From: an uncultured Spirochaetaceae bacterium
GTDB lineage: Bacteria; Spirochaetota; Spirochaetia; DSM-27196; PWMO01
Reading direction: 5' to 3'
Assembly: GCA_964654185.1 (NCBI GenBank)
Contig: CAZZIE010000001.1
Coordinates: 391-64,390, forward strand
DNA: 64,000 nucleotides
Below, in pieces: positions 1 through 8,301 of the stretch. Within the stretch, counting starts at the first letter, position 1; each line of letters begins with the position of its first letter. The translations under genes and the position numbers were made by a program. A model generated the notes under the pieces. The model was not told the DNA's origin. It saw nothing but the letters and a program-made list of their open reading frames with translations, and did not search any database.

Positions 1-61
1 CAGAGCGTCGAGAATGCGGTCCTTCTGGCGATAGACAGGTAAGTCGTGCGGATGCATGCGG

Positions 62-1549
62 TTATTCGGCTCCCCCGGTGGCTTCGGCTTCGGCGACAAT
101 GCGGCGGACGTGCTCGACGGCGGTCTCGACGGAGACGGCATCGAAGCTTTCCCGGGTCGCCAGGTTCTTCACGTTCACGACGTCCTGCGCCGCCTCATCC
201 GGTCCGCAGATGACCGCCGCCGGAATGCCTTTGCGCTCGGCGAACTTGAACTGCGCCGGCAGCTTCCGGGACTCCGGGTAGACCTCGCAGCGCAGGCCGG
301 CGCGGCGAAGCTCCTCGGCAATCGCGTGGTAGCGCCCCAGGAGGGAGTCGTCCATGTAGAGGACGATGACATCGGCCGACGGTACCGCCGCGCGGGTCTC
401 GCTCACGGCGGCGAGGAGCCGGTCCACACCGATGGACGCACCGACCCCCGGCAGCTGCTCCTTTGTGTAGAGGCTCGCCAGGTCGTTGTAGCGCCCCCCG
501 GAGCAGATGCTCCCGATACCCTCTTCCGTGTCCAGAAAGGTCTCGAAGACCATGCCGGTGTAGTAATCGAGTCCCCGGGTGATCGAGGGATCCAGGACGA
601 TCCGGTCGCCGATGCCGATCGCCTCGGCGTGCTCCAGGATCTGCGCCACCCGGAGCGCGTCGTCCGCGGCGCCCCCCGCCAGGGCGGTGAGGTGCTCCAG
701 GACCGCGGCGTTGCGGGCCGCGGGGGTGGCCGCGGACTCGGGCGGCTCCTCGGCGTCGGGGCGGGAGGGCGCCGGGCCGCGGGTCTTGTCGCCGGCGGGG
801 TGGGGAGGCGCTGCGCCGGGTGTTTCTTCGCCGGTGCCCGCACGCGCGTGCGCCTGCGCGTTCGCACTTGCGTCCGCACGAGCCCCCGCCACGAAGGCCA
901 GGATGTCCGCCGCGGCCTCGGCACCTGTCAACTCGGCCAGGGCGTCCCGGGTCTTCTCCTCGCCGATCTTGCGCAGCTTGTCGACGGTGCGGAGGATCTC
1001 TTCGGAGTGTTCCGCCACTCCCAGGTAGTCGAGGAAGCGGTTGAAGATGGCGCGGTTGGAGATGCGTACGTGGAATGCCGAGAGGCCCAGCGCCTCGAGG
1101 GAGCGGATGATCATGAGGATGATCTCCAGGTCCGCCGACGCGGAGTCGGTCCCGACGATGTCGAAGTCGCACTGCATGAACTCGCGATACCGCCCTCGCT
1201 GGGTGTTCTCGCCGCGGAAGACCTTCGCAATGTGGTAGCGCTTGAACGGAAGGGCCAGGTCGTTGCGGTGCTGCGCCATGAAGCGCGCAAAGGGTACGGT
1301 CAGGTCGAAGCGCATGGCGACGTCGCGTCCGCCGTGGTCGTCGAAGCGGTAGACCTGCTTCTCCGTCTCGCCGCCGGCCTTTCCCAGAAGGATCTCCGTG
1401 TATTCGAGAACCGGCGTGTCGATGGGAACGAAGCCGAAACTTCGAAAGCTGCTTTCCAGGATGCCCAGTACGCGTCGGCGCTCCAGTTCCTCCTCCGGGA
1501 GAAAGTCGCGGAAGCCCTTCAGTACGCGCGGATCGATTCGGTCACTCAT
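62..1549 (-). CDS. hisS: histidine--tRNA ligase with an internal Ala/Pro-rich insertion
   Basis: 495-aa ORF. It has class II aaRS / HisRS-like blocks (KGFRDFLPEE, FRGENTQRGRYREFMQCDFD, GGRYNDL, GVGASIGVDRL) and a C-terminal anticodon-binding-like region. The 509-aa ORF on the opposite strand is Arg/Gly-rich with no motifs. Confidence 0.9.
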   Translation of the reverse strand: MSDRIDPRVLKGFRDFLPEEELERRRVLGILESSFRSFGFVPIDTPVLEYTEILLGKAGGETEKQVYRFDDHGGRDVAMRFDLTVPFARFMAQHRNDLALPFKRYHIAKVFRGENTQRGRYREFMQCDFDIVGTDSASADLEIILMIIRSLEALGLSAFHVRISNRAIFNRFLDYLGVAEHSEEILRTVDKLRKIGEEKTRDALAELTGAEAAADILAFVAGARADASANAQAHARAGTGEETPGAAPPHPAGDKTRGPAPSRPDAEEPPESAATPAARNAAVLEHLTALAGGAADDALRVAQILEHAEAIGIGDRIVLDPSITRGLDYYTGMVFETFLDTEEGIGSICSGGRYNDLASLYTKEQLPGVGASIGVDRLLAAVSETRAAVPSADVIVLYMDDSLLGRYHAIAEELRRAGLRCEVYPESRKLPAQFKFAERKGIPAAVICGPDEAAQDVVNVKNLATRESFDAVSVETAVEHVRRIVAEAEATGGAE

Positions 1550-1690
1550 GGTTCAATCTCATTGGTAGTTCAGGTTGCTCATTGATGGCTCAGGGTGGTG
1601 GTTCGAGTCCAATATGCCCGTCCCGGCGCGGCATGTGCAAGGGCCCCTATCTGGTGCCGAAATTGTTGATGGCTTCTACGGCCGGTCCGG

Positions 1691-1732
1691 GCGCCTACAC
1701 CCCACCCTCGGGCGCCTACACCCCACCCTCGG
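1691..1732. repeat. perfect 21-bp tandem duplication spanning the acyltransferase stop codon
   Basis: gcgcctacaccccaccctcgg occurs at 1691-1711 and again at 1712-1732. Each copy contains cta (TAG on the minus strand), and the used stop is 1716-1718. Confidence 0.95.
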
Positions 1733-3176
1733 GCACGCGCATCTCCAGCCCTTCCATGGCGGCGAGGTACTCGAGCGCCATGTACCACTTGTACATGTTC
1801 ACTCGCGGGGAGAGGGGATCGAAGGTGTAGAGGGCTTCCTCAGAGTAGAGCTCGAGCTTGCGCACGAGCTGGATGTTGATGCCGTCGACGCCGGCAAGGT
1901 GGAAGACGTGCTCGGTGCCTCCGGGATCGGAGAAGGTGATCCGGTCCGGAAAGAGTCTGAGGATCCCGGTACCGACGCGGCGAACCCGGGCGGAGCGGAA
2001 GCCCGTGTGCACGACAATGCCGTGCTCCTCGAAGATCGGGTGCTCCGGTAGCGCGGCCGCTCGCTCCCTACCCGGCCGCGCGGCCGCCTCGTCGGTGCCT
2101 GCGGCCGCCCGGGCACTCGCTGCGCCGGCCCGCGTGGCCGCTGCGGCCGGCCGTGCGGCCGCTCCCTCCCTGCCCAGCGGCGCACTCGCGGATTCGCCCG
2201 CTGCGGCCGGCCGCGCGGCCCCGGAGTCTTTCGCGGCACTGCCCGCCGCCTCGCCGGTGCTCGGCGCCGCGTCGACCGCGCCCTGCAGACGGCGCTGCAG
2301 CTCGGCGAGTTGCCATTCATTCCAGTCACGGACGGTGGTGTGAGTGGGGACGCCGCCGTGGGCGTGGAGAAAGCCCTCCGCGGTGTAGTCCCAGGTGGTC
2401 CCGCAGGAAGAGCAGGTGAACATATCCCGATGGGACCGAATGGAGTCGACGGCGCGGCAGACGGGGCAGGAGAAGAGGACGTTCTCAATGTACTCGGCCC
2501 GGCGCGCTCCCCGGTAGGGAATCATGCGCGAGGTCTGGAACTGGTAGTCATCGTGCTCCAGCAGGCTCTGGAGCTTGCGGTAGATCTCCTCCGTGGAGAG
2601 GGCGCGCACCTCGGCGGGATCGAAGGCGTGGTGGAACTCGACCAGGAGCTTGCCCCGGCGGGGCGACCGCGCCCACCGCGGATGGGCGAAGTAGGCACCC
2701 TTGAAGCGTGCGGTGATGACCGGGACCTTCAGGAGCTTCACCAACTTGGCGGTTGCCGGCAGGAGGGGGAGGGTAACCCCGTCCCAGGTGCGCTGCCCTT
2801 CCGGAAAGACTCCGATGACACCGGCGTTCCGGCGGATGCGCAGGATTTCCCGAATGGTCTCGAAGTCCGAAACTCCCTTGGTCTTCGGAATGGCGCCCAC
2901 GAACTGCAGCAGGTACCCCTGGAGGGGCGACCGGAAGGTCTGGTCCGCCGCCACCCAGTGGACCGGATCGTCCGTGAGGATGCTGATAACGAAGGGATCC
3001 CAGTAGCCGACGTGGGTCGCCAGGATCAGGTAGGGAGGGCGTATTCCATTGAAGGCGTTGAGGCTTCTGGGGTGGATATCGAATCGCAGTCGCAGGTATG
3101 CTCCGAGCACCAGCTTGAGCAGCCGGTTGAAACCTCGGAACGTCCGACTCCGGCGTCGATCGATGCGCGCTTTCAC
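1716..3176 (-). CDS. lysophospholipid/glycerol-3-phosphate acyltransferase family protein (PlsC-like) with a C-terminal extension
   Basis: 486-aa ORF with the acyltransferase HX4D motif (HVGYWD) and an FPEGQRT block. It also has a CxxC...CxxC zinc-ribbon-like segment (CPVCRAV...CSSCG) and an ~80-aa Ala-rich insertion (about 2043-2279). Confidence 0.75.
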   Translation of the reverse strand: MKARIDRRRSRTFRGFNRLLKLVLGAYLRLRFDIHPRSLNAFNGIRPPYLILATHVGYWDPFVISILTDDPVHWVAADQTFRSPLQGYLLQFVGAIPKTKGVSDFETIREILRIRRNAGVIGVFPEGQRTWDGVTLPLLPATAKLVKLLKVPVITARFKGAYFAHPRWARSPRRGKLLVEFHHAFDPAEVRALSTEEIYRKLQSLLEHDDYQFQTSRMIPYRGARRAEYIENVLFSCPVCRAVDSIRSHRDMFTCSSCGTTWDYTAEGFLHAHGGVPTHTTVRDWNEWQLAELQRRLQGAVDAAPSTGEAAGSAAKDSGAARPAAAGESASAPLGREGAAARPAAAATRAGAASARAAAGTDEAAARPGRERAAALPEHPIFEEHGIVVHTGFRSARVRRVGTGILRLFPDRITFSDPGGTEHVFHLAGVDGINIQLVRKLELYSEEALYTFDPLSPRVNMYKWYMALEYLAAMEGLEMRVPEGGV

Positions 3177-3219
3177 CGTCTATGGTCCAATCTCTAGAGA
3201 CGCAACCTATCAACCTCTG

Positions 3220-3246
3220 TTGACTACATCAAGTCTTTCATATACA
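3220..3246 (+). promoter_or_regulatory. candidate sigma-70-type promoter for the downstream transporter gene
   Basis: TTGACT (3220-3225), a 15-nt spacer, then TATACA (3241-3246), in an AT-richer divergent intergenic region. The spacer is on the short side. Confidence 0.35.
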
Positions 3247-3310
3247 AGGTGTGAGATTTTCGTTACCACCGGACTGCTTCGCGAGACGAGCTACGTAGAA
3301 GGGGGAACCC

Positions 3311-4729
3311 GTGGATTTCAACTGGACCCTGTTCGTCGACCTGGGAGCCATTTCCGCAGCCCTGCTCCTTGCGACCTTCATTCGCGCCAAAGTTCCGTTC
3401 TTCCAGCGCTTCCTGATTCCCAACGCCCTCACCGCGGGTTTCATTCTCCTGCCCCTGTACAACTTCGTCTTTCCGCACATCGGCATAACCGCCGACGGCC
3501 TCGGAGACCTGGCGTACCACCTCCTGGCGATCTCCTTCGTCGCGGTGGCGCTGCGACGCTCGCCGGAAGGGACCGAGCGCAAGGCCAAACGCCGCTTCTC
3601 CCTGGCAATCGGGATTCTCTCTCAATACGCCATACAGGCCTTCGTCGGGCTCATTCTCACCTTCGTCCTCATGTCGACGATCTTTCCGAAGCTCTACGAG
3701 CCCTTCGGGTTCCTCCTTCCCCTGGGCTTCGTGCTGGGACCCGGCCAGGCCCTCGCAATCGGGCGGGGCTGGACCGCCTTCGGCATTGAGGGCGCCGGCA
3801 GCGTGGGGCTGACCTTTGCCGCCCTCGGCTTCATTCTGGCGACCTTCGGCGGGGTCTACCTGATCAACTACGGGCTGCGCCGCCACTGGGTCACGAAGGA
3901 GCAGCTCTCCGCCATGCAGACCAAGACGGTCACCACCGGCATTGTGCCGCGGACCGCCCAGAAGAAGGTCGGCACGCGCCTCACGACGGAGACCGAAGCG
4001 ATCGACTCCATGACCTTCAATGCGGCGATTGTGCTGATCGTCTACCTGCTGGCCTATCTCTTCCTGAAGCTCCTGAACTGGCTTCTTCCCCTTCTGGCGG
4101 GGGATGCCGGGGCGGACCTGGCGGTGAACCTCTGGGGGATCCACTTCATCTTTGCCGCCATCTTCGGCCTCGGGGTCAAACAGCTTATCGGCCTGGTCGG
4201 CGTCTCCCACGTGGTCGACAACGGTACGCTCACCCGGCTATCCGGATGGGGCGTCGACTTCATGGTGGCAAGCGCCATTGCGGCGATCTCTCTGGTGGTC
4301 GTGCAGCAGTACATCGGTCCCATCCTGATCCTCGCCGGGGCGGGAGCCATCCTCGCCTTCGTGACCCTGCCGTGGATCGCGTCGCGCCTTTACGAGGACC
4401 ATCAGTTCCATCGGATGATTCTGCTCTTCGGCGTCTCGACGGGCACGCTCACCACGGGCCTGGCCCTGCTGCGCGTCCTCGATCCGGAGTTCGAAACGCC
4501 GGTCGCGACGGACTACGCCTACGCGAGCGGTATGGTCTTCGTTCTCGCCATACCATTCATTCTGTCGATAAACCTGCCGGTCCAGGCCTTCGCCAGCGGG
4601 AACAGCTTCTACTTCTGGCTCGCCGTCGCCGTCAGCGCCGCGTACCTGCTCTTCGTCTTCATCAGCTATCTGGTCCTCGCTCGCGGTAAGGCATTCAAGC
4701 GCGCCAGCGAGGTGTGGCTCAAGAAGTAG
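3311..4729 (+). CDS. polytopic membrane transporter, sodium/glutamate symporter (GltS)-like
   Basis: 472-aa ORF with about 10-12 hydrophobic segments. The N-terminus (DLGAISAALLLATFIRAKVPFFQRFLIPNALTAGF) resembles the GltS family. GTG start is preceded by GAAGGGGGAA. Confidence 0.6.
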   Translation: MDFNWTLFVDLGAISAALLLATFIRAKVPFFQRFLIPNALTAGFILLPLYNFVFPHIGITADGLGDLAYHLLAISFVAVALRRSPEGTERKAKRRFSLAIGILSQYAIQAFVGLILTFVLMSTIFPKLYEPFGFLLPLGFVLGPGQALAIGRGWTAFGIEGAGSVGLTFAALGFILATFGGVYLINYGLRRHWVTKEQLSAMQTKTVTTGIVPRTAQKKVGTRLTTETEAIDSMTFNAAIVLIVYLLAYLFLKLLNWLLPLLAGDAGADLAVNLWGIHFIFAAIFGLGVKQLIGLVGVSHVVDNGTLTRLSGWGVDFMVASAIAAISLVVVQQYIGPILILAGAGAILAFVTLPWIASRLYEDHQFHRMILLFGVSTGTLTTGLALLRVLDPEFETPVATDYAYASGMVFVLAIPFILSINLPVQAFASGNSFYFWLAVAVSAAYLLFVFISYLVLARGKAFKRASEVWLKK

Positions 4730-4862
4730 GGCGATCGGCGCGCCGGTTGTCCGGGCCGGCCTCCACGAACGCAGCGGCGCCGCGTCCGCCTCGCGCCGAC
4801 GTCGCGCCGCTGCTGCGCCCTCTGTACACCCATGGCGCTTATCACTACCTTCGTCGAACGAC

Positions 4863-5339
4863 ATGATTGAGCTGCGAAACCCCTTCAACGACATTGACGG
4901 ATACGAGTGCTTCGGCTGCGCTCCTCACAACCCGGCGGGCCTTCAGATGCAATTCTTTGAGGACGATGCTCACGTCCTCTCCATCTGGGAGCCGAAGGAC
5001 CACTTCCAGGGCTACGATCACATTCTCCACGGCGGTATTCAGGCCACCTTGATGGACGAGCTTGCAAGCTGGGTGATTTTCGTGAAGCTCCAGACCGCCG
5101 GGTTCACCCGCGGCATGGAGGTCACCTACCACAGGCAGGTCCGCACGAACGCCGGTGTGGTCACCCTCCGCGGCTACCTGGAGTCCCGGAGCGACCGCGA
5201 GGCGGCCATTCGGTGTCACCTCTTCCAGAACGATGTGCTGTCCTCGGAGGCACTCTGTCATTACGTTGTATTCCCGGAGCACATAGCGCGGAAGCGCCTG
5301 CACTATCCGGGAATCGAGGCGTTTCGAGGTAGCCACTGA
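4863..5339 (+). CDS. hotdog-fold thioesterase (PaaI/4HBT-like)
   Basis: 158-aa ORF with an HGGIQATLMDE signature typical of PaaI-type thioesterases. Confidence 0.7.
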   Translation: MIELRNPFNDIDGYECFGCAPHNPAGLQMQFFEDDAHVLSIWEPKDHFQGYDHILHGGIQATLMDELASWVIFVKLQTAGFTRGMEVTYHRQVRTNAGVVTLRGYLESRSDREAAIRCHLFQNDVLSSEALCHYVVFPEHIARKRLHYPGIEAFRGSH

Positions 5340-5977
5340 TGGATCTGCTTTCCCATTCCTTCGACATGCTCATGGCACCGCTGGAGGCGAGCTCTCTGCG
5401 TCGACGTCGGGAGGCACTCGTCGGTCGCGCTGCAGGGCGCGTGCTCGAGGTAGGTGCCGGAACCGGTGCGAACCTTTCGCACTACCGGGAGTCGAACCTG
5501 GAAGAGGTCACGGTCTCCGACGTGGAGCTGCGGCCGGCCATTCTCACGCGGGGCGCCGGGGGCAACGGGAGCAACGGGAGCAACGGAACCGCTACCATGG
5601 TGCGGTTCCGGCGAACCGCCGTGGAGAATCTGCCCTTCCCGGACGCATACTTCGACACGGTTGTGTCCACTCTGGTCTTCTGTTCCGTTTCCGACCCCCA
5701 CGAGGGGCTCCGGCAGGTTCGGCGCGTGCTCAAGCCGGGGGGCAAGTTCATCTTCATTGAGCACATTCTTCCCGAGCACGGGCTCGGTCGACCGCTCTTC
5801 AATGCGGTGACGCCGGTGTGGAAACACATTGCCGGAGGTTGCCATCTCAACCGGCAGACCGTTCGGTTCATTCGGGAGAGCGGCTTCCTGATCGAGGAGA
5901 TGCGCTACTTCGCAAACGGCGCCTTTGTCCAGGGGATTGCAGAAAAGCCTGCGGACGGCGAGCCCGTCGTGCTCTGA
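5339..5977 (+). CDS. class I SAM-dependent methyltransferase
   Basis: 212-aa ORF with SAM-binding motif I (VLEVGAGTGANL). The start overlaps the upstream stop (TGATG at 5337-5341). It contains a GNGSNGSNG insert encoded by a 9-bp tandem repeat. Confidence 0.8.
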   Translation: MDLLSHSFDMLMAPLEASSLRRRREALVGRAAGRVLEVGAGTGANLSHYRESNLEEVTVSDVELRPAILTRGAGGNGSNGSNGTATMVRFRRTAVENLPFPDAYFDTVVSTLVFCSVSDPHEGLRQVRRVLKPGGKFIFIEHILPEHGLGRPLFNAVTPVWKHIAGGCHLNRQTVRFIRESGFLIEEMRYFANGAFVQGIAEKPADGEPVVL

Positions 5978-6065
5978 CACGTCGCTGCCCAGGTCCTACA
6001 GCGACACCTCATTCTGATCGTTGTTTCACGAAGCCGGCAATTCTGGAAAAGTTTCGATAATGGTG

Positions 6066-6093
6066 TTGACATTTTCCGCCGATGGGGTAGGCT
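6066..6093 (+). promoter_or_regulatory. candidate sigma-70-type promoter
   Basis: TTGACA (6066-6071), a 16-nt spacer, then TAGGCT (6088-6093), preceded by an AT-rich stretch (gaaaagtttcgataatgg). Confidence 0.4.
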
Positions 6094-6135
6094 ACAGCGT
6101 ACCATACAGCAATCGAAAGGATTGAAGAGAGTACC

Positions 6136-6234
6136 ATGTTTCGAATGAACGCCGTTACAGATTATGCGCAGGTTTTTGCGGGACTGGTCTGTCCTGCCGG
6201 CGTTCGGTGCTCTTTCGACGGAGATTGCTCCTGA
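6136..6234 (+). CDS. 32-codon Cys-rich small ORF (possible leader peptide or small secreted peptide)
   Basis: The ATG at 6136 reads MFRMNAVTDYAQVFAGLVCPAGVRCSFDGDCS then stop. It lies between the candidate promoter and two terminators. A purine-rich stretch (gaagagag) sits 4 nt upstream. It is too short for the ORF track and has no homology support. Confidence 0.25.
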   Translation: MFRMNAVTDYAQVFAGLVCPAGVRCSFDGDCS

Positions 6235-6259
6235 GCACGTGAGTTCCGGTAGTTAGCAG

Positions 6260-6289
6260 GGCCAGTCCGAGTCGGGCTGGCCTTTTTTT
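6260..6289 (+). terminator. intrinsic terminator 1
   Basis: 9-bp GC-rich stem (GGCCAGTCC / GGGCTGGCC, one G-U pair) with a 5-nt loop, followed by T7. Confidence 0.7.
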
Positions 6290-6296
6290 GTGGATG

Positions 6297-6344
6297 AAGC
6301 CCGACAGTGCACCTCCCCCCGGAGGTGCCGTCGGGCTTTTTTTT
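6297..6344 (+). terminator. intrinsic terminator 2
   Basis: Long hairpin: AAGCCCGAC ... GTCGGGCTT with an inner stem CACCTCC/GGAGGTG, followed by T8. Confidence 0.8.
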
Positions 6345-6369
6345 CGGCTGATTTCGTGTGAGGGACACC

Positions 6370-8301
6370 ATGGCACACAAGGTAGACAGCGTACGGCAGT
6401 TTCGACGCCTCTGGAGCTTCATGGCGGGCAACCGACGGCGCTACGTTCTCGGCATCGTGGCGATCGGCGTTGCTGCGGCCTTCTCGTACGCGGTTCCACT
6501 GGTGGTTCGGTTCGTCATTGACTTCGTGATCGGGAATGCAGAGACCACCGGCCCGAGCGCCCTCATGGCCGCAGGAACCGTCGAGACGCTTCGCGAGCTT
6601 CTCTCAGGAAGGCTGTGGCTGGCGGGTATCGCCATTCTGGTGCTGACGCTTTTCGGCGGCGTGTTCTCGTTCCTGGCGGGGCGGAGCTCCGCCGTCGCCA
6701 GCGAGGGAACCGCAGCGCGGCTGCGGAACACCGTGTACGACCACCTGCAGCGGGTCCCCTTCTCGTACCACGTGAACGCGGCTACGGGCGACCTGATCCA
6801 GCGGTGCACCTCCGATGTGGACACGGTGCGGAAGTTCATGGCCATCCAGTTCATCGAGATCGGCCGGGCGCTCTTCATGACCGCCCTGGCTCTGCCCCTC
6901 ATGATTTCGCTTCACGGGGGACTGACGGTCGTGGCGGTGGTCATGATTCCGCCGATCTTCATCTTCTCCTTCGCATTTTTCCGGCGCGTTCAGAAGGCCT
7001 TTACCATCTCGGACGCCGCCGAGGGGAAGATGTCTGCGGTTCTGCAGGAGAGTCTGACCGGGGTGCGGGTGGTGCGCGCCTTCGGGCGACAGGCGTACGA
7101 GGTGGAGAAGTTCGATCGCGAGAACGTCCGCTTCCAGCGGCTCACTTACCGATTGATCCTGCTCCTGGCGCGGTACTGGTCGATCTCCGACCTCATGAGC
7201 ATGGCTCAGATGGGCATGCTCCTCGTTGCCGGGACGGTGCTTGCCGTGCAGGGCGCCATCAGCGTCGGAGTTCTGGTGGTCTTCGTGACCGTGGAGGGGA
7301 TGCTCTTGTGGCCCATCCGGCAGATGGGACGCATCCTCACCGACATGGGTAAGGCGAGCGTGTCCTTGCAACGCATCGGTGAGATCCTGGACGCTCCGGT
7401 TGAAGCGGGCTTCGGCGGTGCGAGCGACCGTCCGGACCTCCGGGGTGGACTTGCGTTCAGGGATGTGAGCTTTGCCTACGGGAATGGTGAGCCCGTCCTC
7501 TCGGATATCACCTTCTCAGTGCGTCCGGGTGAGACCGTAGGCGTAATCGGTCCGACAGGATCGGGAAAGTCGACGCTCATGCAGCTTATCCCGCGCCTCT
7601 ACGAGTACTCGTCGGGCTCCATTACCCTGGACGGCACCGAGCTGAAGCGAATCGACAAGGAGTGGCTGCGCAAGAACATAGGCATCGTCCTCCAGGAGCC
7701 CTTTCTCTATGCCAAGACGCTCCGGGAGAACATCGGGATCACCGGAACGGCGCACCCCGGCGGCAACGGCGCCGGGAACGGCCACGGCCGCGCCGGCATG
7801 GATGACGCCGCCATCTTCGAAGCGGCCCGGACCGCCTCGGTTCACGAGGTGATCCAGGGATTCGACCGGGGGTACGAGACCCCGGTAGGTGAACGGGGCG
7901 TCACCCTCTCAGGAGGGCAGAAGCAGCGCGTCGCCATTGCCCGGGCGCTGGTGAGAGACACCCCGATTCTGATCATGGACGACGCCCTGAGTGCGGTGGA
8001 CATGGAAACCGACGCGGCGATCCGGCGGGCACTGCGCCTCCGGGCGCACGCGGCGACGACCTTCATTGTGGCGCACCGCATCTCGAGCGTCTCCCATGCG
8101 GACCTGATTCTCGTGTTGAACAACGGTCGCATCATTCAGGCGGGCCGGCACGAGGAGTTGCTCACGGTGCCGGGCATGTACCGGCGCATCTGGGAGCTCC
8201 AGCAAGCCGGCATTGATCATGCGGCGGATCGCGCCGCATTCGGACAGGAAACAGAGGGTGAAGAGTATGACAGCGTATACGGAGCAAGAGTTCTCCCGTA
8301 G
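6370..8301 (+). CDS. ABC exporter, fused permease/ATPase subunit 1
   Basis: N-terminal 6-TM exporter domain. The NBD has Walker A GPTGSGKST, signature LSGGQKQR, Walker B ILIMDDA and H-loop AHR. ATG at 6370 follows GAGGGA; the ORF track starts at GTG 6358. Confidence 0.9.
   Translation: MAHKVDSVRQFRRLWSFMAGNRRRYVLGIVAIGVAAAFSYAVPLVVRFVIDFVIGNAETTGPSALMAAGTVETLRELLSGRLWLAGIAILVLTLFGGVFSFLAGRSSAVASEGTAARLRNTVYDHLQRVPFSYHVNAATGDLIQRCTSDVDTVRKFMAIQFIEIGRALFMTALALPLMISLHGGLTVVAVVMIPPIFIFSFAFFRRVQKAFTISDAAEGKMSAVLQESLTGVRVVRAFGRQAYEVEKFDRENVRFQRLTYRLILLLARYWSISDLMSMAQMGMLLVAGTVLAVQGAISVGVLVVFVTVEGMLLWPIRQMGRILTDMGKASVSLQRIGEILDAPVEAGFGGASDRPDLRGGLAFRDVSFAYGNGEPVLSDITFSVRPGETVGVIGPTGSGKSTLMQLIPRLYEYSSGSITLDGTELKRIDKEWLRKNIGIVLQEPFLYAKTLRENIGITGTAHPGGNGAGNGHGRAGMDDAAIFEAARTASVHEVIQGFDRGYETPVGERGVTLSGGQKQRVAIARALVRDTPILIMDDALSAVDMETDAAIRRALRLRAHAATTFIVAHRISSVSHADLILVLNNGRIIQAGRHEELLTVPGMYRRIWELQQAGIDHAADRAAFGQETEGEEYDSVYGARVLP

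Noticed and set aside
56-1585. Very long ORFs antisense to clear genes. Examples are 56-1585 (+) opposite hisS, 17002-18753 (+) opposite aceF, 31637-33148 (-), 35053-37452 (-) and 39241-40815 (-) opposite the C11/RHS genes, 53365-54915 (-) and 58334-60589 (-).
   Set aside because: They are typical high-GC shadow frames: Arg/Gly/Pro/His-rich, with no motifs and no RBS. In every case the opposite strand encodes a protein with unmistakable family signatures.
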